This document shows positions 8,160 to 16,127 of a stretch of DNA of 64,000 nt, piece by piece. Within the stretch, counting starts at the first letter, position 1. The number at the start of each line of letters is the position of its first letter. The notes under the pieces are model-generated. The model was not told the origin of the DNA and did no database searches. It worked only from the letters and a program-made list of their open reading frames with translations. The translations under genes and the position numbers were made by a program. The stretch comes from Clostridia bacterium (GTDB lineage Bacteria; Bacillota; Clostridia; Oscillospirales; CAG-272), in NCBI GenBank assembly GCA_017447775.1, contig JAFSMU010000030.1, positions 21,872 to 85,871 of the forward strand, given 5' to 3'.

Positions 8160-9182
8160 ATGAAAAAATTTATTTTATCAGAGGGCGGCGAATTCAGAAA
8201 GCTGAATCTTCACTGCCACAGCAAAGACTGTTCCGACGGTAGACTTACGCTTGCGGAGCTTAAGGATTTTTACAAATCTCATGGGTATGCCGGCGTTGCG
8301 TTTACCGATCACAACGTTCTTATTGATCACAGCGATCTTTCCGACGATGATTTTATTGCCATAACCGGCACTGAGATAAACTTCGACTGCACAACCGATC
8401 CAAAAGGCGCGGAACGTTGCTACCACATAAATCTTCTCGCAAAAAAGCCGGACAATACCGCCCTTGTGTGCTATAACCCGAAATATATAAATATGGTAAG
8501 CAGCAAGCAGTATATCCCCACGCAAAAATACGTCGGGACGCCCGATTTTGAACGTGAATACACAACGGAGTGCATCAACCGCTTTATAAAAGAAGCGAAC
8601 AACCACGGTTTTCTTGTTACATATAATCATCCGCGCTGGTCAATGCAGACGTGGGAAGACTATAACGGACTTCGCGGCCTTTGGGGCATGGAAGTCAACA
8701 ACGGCGACTGCTATCGCTATTGCGGCAGACAAGATCTTAACGAGGACATCTACGACTGGTTTTTGCGCCACGGAATAAACATTTCCCCTATTGCCGCCGA
8801 TGACAACCACGATATTCGCCCAATGGGACATCCGAAATTCGACAGCGGCCTTTCGTGGGTCATGGCAAAAACGGAAAAGCTCGATTATGCATCAATAATG
8901 GACGCTCTCGAGTCGCGCAATTTCTATTCGTCAAACGGTCCGGAAATATACGAGTGCTACGTTGAGGACGGATATATCCACGTAAAAACTTCCCCGTGCG
9001 AGTTTATCCGCGTAAACACGCAGCTGCGCGCCGTAAAATCCGAGTGCGGAGAAAAGCGCGGCGAGCCTGTTACGGAATGCCATTTTGAAATACCCGAGAA
9101 CGCCAAATATGTCCGCGTAACAGTTACTGACTTTGACGGCTCAACAGCGTGGACAAACGCGTTTTACGATCTCAAAGATTAA
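8160..9182 (+). CDS. PHP-domain metal-dependent phosphoesterase family protein
   Basis: LNLHCHSKDCSDGRLTLAELKDFYKSHGYAGVAFTDHN is the PHP motif I/II pattern. Later motifs are YNHPRW and AADDNHD. AAGGAG lies upstream. Confidence 0.65.
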   Translation: MKKFILSEGGEFRKLNLHCHSKDCSDGRLTLAELKDFYKSHGYAGVAFTDHNVLIDHSDLSDDDFIAITGTEINFDCTTDPKGAERCYHINLLAKKPDNTALVCYNPKYINMVSSKQYIPTQKYVGTPDFEREYTTECINRFIKEANNHGFLVTYNHPRWSMQTWEDYNGLRGLWGMEVNNGDCYRYCGRQDLNEDIYDWFLRHGINISPIAADDNHDIRPMGHPKFDSGLSWVMAKTEKLDYASIMDALESRNFYSSNGPEIYECYVEDGYIHVKTSPCEFIRVNTQLRAVKSECGEKRGEPVTECHFEIPENAKYVRVTVTDFDGSTAWTNAFYDLKD

Positions 9183-9281
9183 GATATCAAATAAAATGAA
9201 GAAGCGGTGAGAAAACCGCCCGTTTCAAACGACTAATTTGCAACAACGATTACGGCGAATGATAAAAAAAGGAGGTCAAAA

Positions 9282-10943
9282 ATGAAAAAAACGATTTGTT
9301 CCTTTCTTGCCGTAATATTTCTGACTGCGACGCTTGCGTCGTGCCAGCTTTTCGAGCAGGTAGAAACGTCTTCGACAACTCCAAGCAATGCCATTGTTAC
9401 AGAGCCGTCCACGTCGACTGCATCGACACAAACCACGCCGCAGTCGTCGGAAGCGACGACCGCCGCGCCGTCGACCGGTCAGACGTCGGAGTCTACCGCG
9501 ACGGAGCAGACGACTGTCGTCACCGAACCGAGCGCAACAACAGAGGATACGTCGTCGACCGTGCCGACCGCAACGACTGAGCCGACCGGCACCACTCAAG
9601 GTTCGGTCACTCCGATGCCGCCTCAGGGGGCGGGCGGGATATCGCTCACAAGCGTTGCCGATCTGTTTGATATCGTCAAAAACGGAGAAAATGCAAAAGC
9701 GATCAAGTATTTATCAGCATCACAAGAAAAATACAGAGTATATTTCAAAAAAACTTTCGGGCTCATTTCCGAACTTGAATTTCCTGTTTTCCCGACATTT
9801 GATGGAAATATTGACATCTTGAGAGATGATTCGTCGATCCATATCTTCCCTCATGCGAACGACAGGTTTGAACTTATTTTTAATTTTGACTACGACGGTC
9901 GCACCGGCAATATTTTCATATTTACGCTTGACTGCGACGTATCGAATCAGAAGAATGCCGCGGCAAATGTCCTCGGTGAAACAAGGACGGTTTACTATAG
10001 TGAGCATTTCGGAGACAATAGCTTTTACACCAAGATGTATTTCAAATACAACGACGTTTGGATAGTGATGGACGTTCACGGTGTAAGTTATGAAAAAGCG
10101 ATCGAATACCTCGAAAAGCTCGGCTTCGCTGATGTCAAGGACGCCGTTTACACAGCGGACAAGGGTTTGAAAAAGCAGTTAAGTGAAATATGCGTCCTTC
10201 CTACTGACATAGGATCTGCTTATGAGGACGACGACGCCGTTTGGTTTGCCGGCGACGCCAGCGACATTCAAAACAACCGCACAAGAGCATTCGGGCTGAA
10301 AAATGGCGAAACATTCTTCGGCTTTGACGTTGATATCAAATATCGGTTCGACACGAAAAAAATAGCCCTCGATGTATTCGCGTTCGATACGGACGCGGAA
10401 ACCGGCAACAGTATCGACGTAGATATAGCCGAACTCGGAAATTATTACAAATTACTCGGTATCAACGTTTGCTTTTGGAATGATAAACTGACGATCCTTC
10501 CCGATGTTGAAGATATCGAAATGCTCGAAAGCATGAAAATAAAAGATCACGAAAGCTATCGTATCGGATATTTTCTCGCTGCGTTGCCTTTGAATAACCC
10601 CGACAAATCAAAGCTCAACACCAATGACGGTTATAAAGTCGTTTTGAAAAAATGCAATTTCGGAGAAATAGCATCTGCAAAAAGCATTCTTCTCGAAAAA
10701 GGCGATGATTTCGACGAAAAAGACGTTGAACTTTTCGCCCGTGAGATAGAAAAAGCATATTGGAAAAAAGTTCTCGCTTACTACGGGATAAAGGACGAAC
10801 AAATCGTTGGATATTCCGACTGTTCGTCGCCGATGGACATCATGACCGTCACGCTTGAGCTTGACGAGAGCCAGCTTGAAACGATGTCAAATATCGACGG
10901 ATATATCACGCAGATAGCGACAGCTTCAAACGCTTTTGAATAA
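9282..10943 (+). CDS. Lipoprotein of unknown function with a long S/T/P/E-rich tether
   Basis: The signal peptide plus lipobox is MKKTICSFLAVIFLTATLASC. About 100 aa of low complexity (TSSTTPS...TEPTGTTQGS) are followed by a roughly 430-aa globular part with no motif I recognise. AAGGAGG lies upstream. Confidence 0.8.
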   Translation: MKKTICSFLAVIFLTATLASCQLFEQVETSSTTPSNAIVTEPSTSTASTQTTPQSSEATTAAPSTGQTSESTATEQTTVVTEPSATTEDTSSTVPTATTEPTGTTQGSVTPMPPQGAGGISLTSVADLFDIVKNGENAKAIKYLSASQEKYRVYFKKTFGLISELEFPVFPTFDGNIDILRDDSSIHIFPHANDRFELIFNFDYDGRTGNIFIFTLDCDVSNQKNAAANVLGETRTVYYSEHFGDNSFYTKMYFKYNDVWIVMDVHGVSYEKAIEYLEKLGFADVKDAVYTADKGLKKQLSEICVLPTDIGSAYEDDDAVWFAGDASDIQNNRTRAFGLKNGETFFGFDVDIKYRFDTKKIALDVFAFDTDAETGNSIDVDIAELGNYYKLLGINVCFWNDKLTILPDVEDIEMLESMKIKDHESYRIGYFLAALPLNNPDKSKLNTNDGYKVVLKKCNFGEIASAKSILLEKGDDFDEKDVELFAREIEKAYWKKVLAYYGIKDEQIVGYSDCSSPMDIMTVTLELDESQLETMSNIDGYITQIATASNAFE

Positions 10944-10954
10944 TAAGAGATAAC

Positions 10955-10982
10955 AAAAAAGCCGCCGCAGGCGGCTTTTTTG
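10955..10982. terminator. Bidirectional rho-independent terminator between convergent genes
   Basis: aaaaaagccgccgcaggcggcttttttg. Confidence 0.8.
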
Positions 10983-11462
10983 TTATCTCAAATAATCGTC
11001 GATCTCTTCTCTGCTATGCATTACGATAACACATTTGTCAGCATATTTTTCAAGAAGTTCAAGAATTTTCGGCTTTGACGACGCCTCAAAATCTTTGACA
11101 AACGAAATAAAATCTTCATCGCCTCCGTCGTCGATCCACGGCATATCAGAGCGCGCCTTCCCTTTACGCGATTTGATCCCGTCAAGGCAGACGTCAACGG
11201 GAATATCGAGGAAAAATACCGTGTCGCAGGCACAGATTCGCCGCTCCATTGTTCGCCCGTAGTTGCCGTCGATGATCCATTCGTCTTCCTTTAATAATTC
11301 GTCAAGGCGAGCGTCGAAAACATCTCTTGAAACTGTTGTTCTGTCTGCGTTCCAGTAAAGCATATCGAGGTGAAAAAGCGGCAAACCGGTCTTTTTTTGA
11401 AGCGCGCGCGCAAAAGTGCTTTTGCCGCCGCCGGGACAGCCGATGATTATGACTTTTTTCAT
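10983..11462 (-). CDS. P-loop NTPase / adenylate-kinase-like protein (topology modulation protein-like)
   Basis: Trimmed to the ATG at 11462: MKKVIIIGCPGGGKSTFARAL (Walker A), then LDMLYW...IIDGNY. It starts 1 nt after the stop of the upstream GNAT gene. Confidence 0.75.
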   Translation of the reverse strand: MKKVIIIGCPGGGKSTFARALQKKTGLPLFHLDMLYWNADRTTVSRDVFDARLDELLKEDEWIIDGNYGRTMERRICACDTVFFLDIPVDVCLDGIKSRKGKARSDMPWIDDGGDEDFISFVKDFEASSKPKILELLEKYADKCVIVMHSREEIDDYLR

Positions 11463-11463
11463 A

Positions 11464-11997
11464 TCAAACTTTAATAACGTACCGTTGAATGACCTCGCCG
11501 AAGCGCTCGCTGTAAAACTCTGCGTCAAGCACGCCGCCGTTGTTCATTATCGTCTTTGCGGAGGCAATATTTACCTTGTCACACGAAACGATGACGTCGT
11601 TGATTCTCATCAGCTTGCAAACGCGCACCCCTTCGGCAAGCATTTGCGTGGCATAATGTTTTCTGCGTTCAGTCGGGCGAATACAGTACCCGATATGTCC
11701 CGCTTCGGCGAGGATAAAATCGTTCTCGCCAATGCGAATATTCATCATGCCGATAATGCGGTCATCGTCCTCTCGGACGTAGAAGTATGTAAGCGCGGGG
11801 ACTTTTTTCGGATAATCGACATTTGCTACGTCGATAGCGGCGTTTACTTTTTCAAGCCAGCTTTCGTAAGTCTTTCCCTCTTTAACAAAGCTGTCAAGAC
11901 TGCCGCTGCCGTCGACTTCGGAGCCATACTCAAAAAATTCATTTATAAATTCAATCGCCTTTTCTTTGTAGGCGAGCGTTGGAAATACGAGTTTCAT
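11464..11997 (-). CDS. GNAT-family N-acetyltransferase
   Basis: Trimmed to the ATG at 11997, with AAGGAGG 5 nt upstream. The acetyl-CoA-binding region is HIGYCIRPTERRKHYATQML, and the tail is ASAKTIMNNGGVL. Confidence 0.8.
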   Translation of the reverse strand: MKLVFPTLAYKEKAIEFINEFFEYGSEVDGSGSLDSFVKEGKTYESWLEKVNAAIDVANVDYPKKVPALTYFYVREDDDRIIGMMNIRIGENDFILAEAGHIGYCIRPTERRKHYATQMLAEGVRVCKLMRINDVIVSCDKVNIASAKTIMNNGGVLDAEFYSERFGEVIQRYVIKV

Positions 11998-12020
11998 TTT
12001 TGCCTCCTTTTTATAATACG

Positions 12021-12689
12021 TCAATTTACTTTTTTATGATATGACGCGCCGCCGTCTTTTTCGAGCAGAATATCGGACAGCAGCACCACACTTTGGGTTT
12101 GATCTCCGTCGGTTTCGAATATTATTTGCATGTATGAATCCGCGTTAATTTTCACCGTCGAGGAATATAAACCGTTTTTGTATATCGCGTTCGCGGTGAT
12201 CGGAGCCGCCCCGATGTAATTCGGGTAAATATAGATTTTTCCGTTTTCGGTGGTGTTCAGATTGAATGTTACCGTAAGTTCACCGCTGATATAATATAAA
12301 TCCACATCATATACAATTATATCTTTGCGCGTTTCTTTCTGCTCATTATTACGCTTTGCATAAAATCCCGCGAAAAAGCACAAAACGCCGACCGCAACAA
12401 TCAAGATGCAGGCTAACACTGATAAAATAATAATTTTTCTGCTCGTTATCTTGCTGCTTTGGCAGCTGATTTCAGGTTTTGCCGCGTCGATTTTCTCTTT
12501 GCCCGCAAGCTCATCAAGGCTGATCTTCAAAATTTCTGACAATTTGATAAATTTGTCGGCGTCGGGCATACTTTCTCCGCACTCCCACTTGCTGACCGAC
12601 TGGCGGCTGACGTCGAGCTGCTCCGCAAGGTTTTCCTGCGTTATGCCGAGTTCCTTTCTGCGCTTTGTCAAAATTTCGCTGAATGTCAT
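12021..12689 (-). CDS. XRE-family HTH protein with a TM helix and an extracytoplasmic domain
   Basis: Trimmed to the ATG at 12689, with GGGGGGAG upstream. The HTH is MTFSEILTKRRKELGITQENLAEQLDVSRQSVSKWECGESMP, and the TM helix is IIILSVLACILIVAVGVLCFFAGF. Confidence 0.8.
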   Translation of the reverse strand: MTFSEILTKRRKELGITQENLAEQLDVSRQSVSKWECGESMPDADKFIKLSEILKISLDELAGKEKIDAAKPEISCQSSKITSRKIIILSVLACILIVAVGVLCFFAGFYAKRNNEQKETRKDIIVYDVDLYYISGELTVTFNLNTTENGKIYIYPNYIGAAPITANAIYKNGLYSSTVKINADSYMQIIFETDGDQTQSVVLLSDILLEKDGGASYHKKVN

Positions 12690-12715
12690 ATTTAACGCTC
12701 CCCCCCTTTGAATTT

Positions 12716-12806
12716 TCGGAACGTTTTCGTTCCTATGGGCAAAGTATATATTTTTTATAGGTTGCAATCAACCGACAAAACCTTTCATTTGCGCAACCGT
12801 AGGTTG
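12716..12806 (-). promoter_or_regulatory. Promoter and two palindromic candidate operators upstream of the XRE gene
   Basis: On the minus strand, TTGATT, a 17-nt spacer and TATACT. The -35 lies inside the palindrome GGTTGcaatCAACC (12760-12773). A second palindrome, CAACCgtaGGTTG, is at 12794-12806. TAGGTTGCAAT occurs twice as a direct repeat. Confidence 0.4.
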
Positions 12807-12825
12807 CAATGCAGATTTTTTATCA

Positions 12826-12891
12826 ATTATTTAATTATAAACCTCCATAACCTTTCCCTGTCCGCTTTGTCGGCGTATGCTATGCCGACGC
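12826..12891 (-). pseudogene. Remnant of the 3' end of a 3-methyladenine glycosylase gene (last ~21 codons plus stop)
   Basis: 12840-12891 matches 13687-13738, the 3' end of the intact glycosylase gene, at 47/52 nt. It translates to RVGIAYADKADRERLWRFIIK*, against RVGIAYAEKADRERLWRYKIK* in the intact gene. Confidence 0.7.
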
Positions 12892-12905
12892 GTACAACGC
12901 AAAAT

Positions 12906-13138
12906 CTTATTTTAAACATTTCAGCACGAATAGGTCGCGTTCTATCCAGTGATAGCCTTTCCCGATGAGTTTTTCATTTATTTTTATCGCTTCTTTGACG
13001 GTGGTAAGTACGGGTTCTGTTTTGTAACAAAGCTGTCAAGACTGCCGCTGCCGTCGACTTCGGAGCCATACTCAAAAAATTCATTTATAAATTCAATTGC
13101 CTTTTCTTTATAGGCGATAGTCGGAAATACGAGTTTCA
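12906..13138 (-). pseudogene. Internally deleted GNAT acetyltransferase remnant (5' ~38 codons plus a frameshifted C-terminal piece)
   Basis: 13025-13138 matches 11884-11997, the start of the intact GNAT gene, at 109/114 nt (MKLVFPTIAYKEKAIEFINEFFEYGSEVDGSGSLDSFV). It keeps an AAGGAG RBS and then stops after ...TKQNPYLPPSKKR*. The next frame reads TVKEAIKINEKLIGKGYHWIERDLFVLKCLK*, which looks like a GNAT C-terminus. Confidence 0.65.
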
Positions 13139-13151
13139 TAATTTACTCCTT

Positions 13152-13676
13152 TCAGTCGTAAAGTTTCGCGTCCCAAATGCTTTTGAAATTCTTTTCAAGT
13201 TGAATGTCACTGACAATCTTTTCGTAAATGTCGGGACGGTAATGTTTTATTGCATTTAATACTTTTTTGTTTATTGGAAGAATGACGCACTGTCTTATGT
13301 CCTGTCGGCGTATGCTTTTTTCATTGAATTTGCCAAAATAGATACACATCGCCCTGATCGGGCGGAAAAAGAAATTTTTTCTTAAATGATAGTTCGCCCA
13401 CGATGTTGAAACAATAAAGTTTTCTGCTTTTTCCCATTTAATGCTCAAATGTCCGTTTGAAAGACCGCTCGGTGAAACGACGGAAACAGAATATGCGTTT
13501 CCGTACTGGAAAAATAAAATAAACCATATTACCAGAGCGAAACCGAGCATTGTGAAAAAAACAGTGACCTGTTTTGTGATAATGAACAATATCACTCCCA
13601 TTACGACCGGCACGGCGGGTACTTGTAGTGTGTACCAAAAAATCCGTGGGCAAGCAAGCGTTCTTACCGTTTTCAT
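13152..13676 (-). CDS. Hypothetical 2-TM membrane protein (possibly bacterial PH-like domain)
   Basis: 174 aa with two adjacent TM helices (VPVVMGVILFIIT, VFFTMLGFALVIWFILFF) and a soluble tail. An ATGA overlap with the upstream glycosylase stop indicates translational coupling. No motif was recognised. Confidence 0.6.
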   Translation of the reverse strand: MKTVRTLACPRIFWYTLQVPAVPVVMGVILFIITKQVTVFFTMLGFALVIWFILFFQYGNAYSVSVVSPSGLSNGHLSIKWEKAENFIVSTSWANYHLRKNFFFRPIRAMCIYFGKFNEKSIRRQDIRQCVILPINKKVLNAIKHYRPDIYEKIVSDIQLEKNFKSIWDAKLYD

Positions 13677-14182
13677 TTTATCTTATACCTCCACAGCCTT
13701 TCCCTGTCCGCTTTTTCGGCGTAGGCAATGCCGACGCGCGGGGACGTTTTATATTCCGGTATTTCTTCCCTGTCCTCGATCCAAAGTTCGCTCGGAGTCG
13801 CGCCCGTGAGATCGCACTTGTTTTGTGCGCGGGTGATGCCGAGCGCCTTTGTCAGCTTGCCGGGGCCGTTATATTCCCCGGCGCCGCGAATGAGCACCGC
13901 CTCCGGATGTCCCACGTTTCCCGACACCACGTTCAGCATATCGTACATTCCGTAGCAAAGGTAAATATACGCTATGCCGCCGTGCTCGTACATCGGCTCG
14001 GTGCGCTGAGTTTTTCCTTTGTGGGCGTGGCAGGCGGTGTCCTCCTCGCCAAAGTACGCTTCCGTTTCATTTATTACAAGACGGCGAACAGTGTCGCCGT
14101 CTTTTTTGCATAATACGCAGCCGAGCAAGCGCGGTGCAAGCTCGGGAGCGGGCAATGAAAAATCAATCATCAATACTGCCAT
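13673..14182 (-). CDS. DNA-3-methyladenine glycosylase (Mpg/AAG family)
   Basis: LLGCVL...VINETEAYFGEEDTACHAHKGKTQRTEPMYEHGGIAYIYLCYGMYDMLNVV...EAVLIRG is the Mpg family pattern. The start is uncertain: the ATG at 14182, or the ATG at 14170 overlapping the metG stop. Confidence 0.85.
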   Translation of the reverse strand: MAVLMIDFSLPAPELAPRLLGCVLCKKDGDTVRRLVINETEAYFGEEDTACHAHKGKTQRTEPMYEHGGIAYIYLCYGMYDMLNVVSGNVGHPEAVLIRGAGEYNGPGKLTKALGITRAQNKCDLTGATPSELWIEDREEIPEYKTSPRVGIAYAEKADRERLWRYKIK

Positions 14183-16125
14183 TCGGGCTTTGTATAGAAG
14201 TCCGATTTCGGTTCAAGGAAGTTAAATTTGTGTCCCTCGTCCGTGATCTTGTCGATGGAATCGAAGATATTGTCCCACGAGAAAACGCTGTCGGGAAGGT
14301 TCATGAATTTCATCACCTTTTCGGTCGAAGCGGGGGCAACGGGATGCGCCAGCACGGTCGCGGTTTTTACCATGTGCGTCGCGTCGATCACCGCCTGATC
14401 GAAAGCCGCTTTGTCAAACGATTCATTGAACGGCTTGAACAATGCCGAAATTTCCTTGTTTATCGTGCGGAAATACTCTTCAAGATCGTTCATCACAAGA
14501 TAAAAGCTCTGCGTCGCCATGTGATTTTCCACTTTCACAATAGCTTCGTCGGCCGCAGTCTTTACGCTTTCGCTGACGTTGCCGCGCGGGATCGTCTGAT
14601 CGCCGTCGTTGAATTTCTGGAACGAATAGAACAGCGTGCGCGTCGCACGGTTGAGCAGGTTGGTGAACATACTCCATTCCTTCTGCGCGGGATCGGGAGA
14701 TGTGTCGTCTTTGTTCGGGCCATAGGGCTTTGGCTGAAACGGCACGTTCTGTATGCCGAGTCCGAGTCCGAGGAAGTGAGCACGGAGCTGTTCTGCGCTG
14801 TAATGCGTAAGCAATTCCTCCGCCATCGGCGGCTTGATCTTACCGCTGCTGCTCGCCTTTGAATTGAAGAAAAGAATGTGCTTGTTTGCGATAATGCGCG
14901 GCATTTTGAACTTTTTATCGTAATAACCGCCCTCGTTTATCGCCTCGAACATTCCCATTTCGGCAAGGTGATAGAAATAAATGTTGTCCTCGCCGATGAA
15001 CTGATAAACTATCGCGTCGTCGTCGCACCACCAGTTCTTCCACTCTGTTTTGTCGTGCCCGATCGACTCAAGATACGTTTCCGTAAACGAGATCGGCGCC
15101 CAGAGCGACTCCGGCCATACCCAGAAAGTCAGTCCCTTCATGCCGTCGCATTCCGGAACGGGAACGCCCCACTCGATATTGCCGGAAAGGCGGAACGGAA
15201 CGAGCGTTTTGCCCGTGCGGAAGCGGATGCCGTTTTCCGAAAGGATGCTCGTCGCCGCTTCTCTGTCGGAAAGCTTGTCAAAGATGACGCGAAGCATTCC
15301 GCGCGCCTCTTCCTCCTCGTATTTGCAACTAAACGAAGCGAGTTTTTCCTTTACAACGTCTGCAAATTCCGTTTTCGTGTAGATTATCGGGTTTTTGAGA
15401 AATTCGCGGCATGCAACCGACGTCGTCTTACGCAGATTTTCGTTTGCATCTTTGTCATCCATCATCTTGATGAGAAAATCCATGTATTTTTCAAGGTCGA
15501 AATACCAGTTTTCGACCTCGCGCAGCGTCGGGCGCTCTCCGGAAAGCGTGCTGACGGGGGCAATAAGCTCCTCCGGGAAATACTGATGTCCCAGCGCGCA
15601 CTCGTCTGCATAGCCGACTTCGGATTTACACCCGTCGATGGGGCATCTGCCCGTCACCTGACGACCGTTCAAGAACGTCTGATATTTCTCGTCGTAGAAC
15701 TGCTTTGTGGAAAGCTTTATAAGCGCGCCTGATTTTTTAAGCGCCGCGAAAAACTCCGCGCTGTACTCGGTGTGCATTTTTCCGCTTGCTCCAAGCGCTG
15801 ACGCCGCGAAAAGCGACGGCGAAATAAGATATTCGTCGAGCGTTCTCTTTTGCTTGTCGTGGTTCGATTTTACAAAGTCGAGGATCGTGCCGTCAAACTT
15901 CCCTTCATCGACAAGAGAATTGTATTTTGCGACGATCGGCGAACCGTAGCAGTCCGTGCCCGACACGAAAATAACGTTTTCACCGCCGATTCTGTCGCGC
16001 AGAAAACGCGCAAAGCAGTCCGCGTGAACGAACACGCCGCCGACGTGTCCGAAGTGAAGCTCCTTTGATCCGTACGGCATACCCGCCGTTATAAGCGCTC
16101 TTTTTGGGAAATTAGGTCTATCCAT
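14170..16125 (-). CDS. metG: Methionine--tRNA ligase
   Basis: 651 aa. The HIGH-type motif is PYGSKELHFGHVGG. The zinc knuckle is GRCPIDGCKSEVGYADECALGHQYFPEELI, and TFWVWPESLWAPISF is also present. The KMSKS region is divergent (NSKASSSGK). Confidence 0.85.
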   Translation of the reverse strand: MDRPNFPKRALITAGMPYGSKELHFGHVGGVFVHADCFARFLRDRIGGENVIFVSGTDCYGSPIVAKYNSLVDEGKFDGTILDFVKSNHDKQKRTLDEYLISPSLFAASALGASGKMHTEYSAEFFAALKKSGALIKLSTKQFYDEKYQTFLNGRQVTGRCPIDGCKSEVGYADECALGHQYFPEELIAPVSTLSGERPTLREVENWYFDLEKYMDFLIKMMDDKDANENLRKTTSVACREFLKNPIIYTKTEFADVVKEKLASFSCKYEEEEARGMLRVIFDKLSDREAATSILSENGIRFRTGKTLVPFRLSGNIEWGVPVPECDGMKGLTFWVWPESLWAPISFTETYLESIGHDKTEWKNWWCDDDAIVYQFIGEDNIYFYHLAEMGMFEAINEGGYYDKKFKMPRIIANKHILFFNSKASSSGKIKPPMAEELLTHYSAEQLRAHFLGLGLGIQNVPFQPKPYGPNKDDTSPDPAQKEWSMFTNLLNRATRTLFYSFQKFNDGDQTIPRGNVSESVKTAADEAIVKVENHMATQSFYLVMNDLEEYFRTINKEISALFKPFNESFDKAAFDQAVIDATHMVKTATVLAHPVAPASTEKVMKFMNLPDSVFSWDNIFDSIDKITDEGHKFNFLEPKSDFYTKPEWQY

Positions 16126-16127
16126 TA

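Noticed and set aside
9276-9822. Arg/Pro-rich ORFs (9276..9599 minus, 9296..9580 plus, 9388..9822 plus) that look like arginine-rich peptides.
   Set aside because: They are alternative frames of the S/T/P/E low-complexity tether of the lipoprotein gene, whose frame has a signal peptide, lipobox and RBS.
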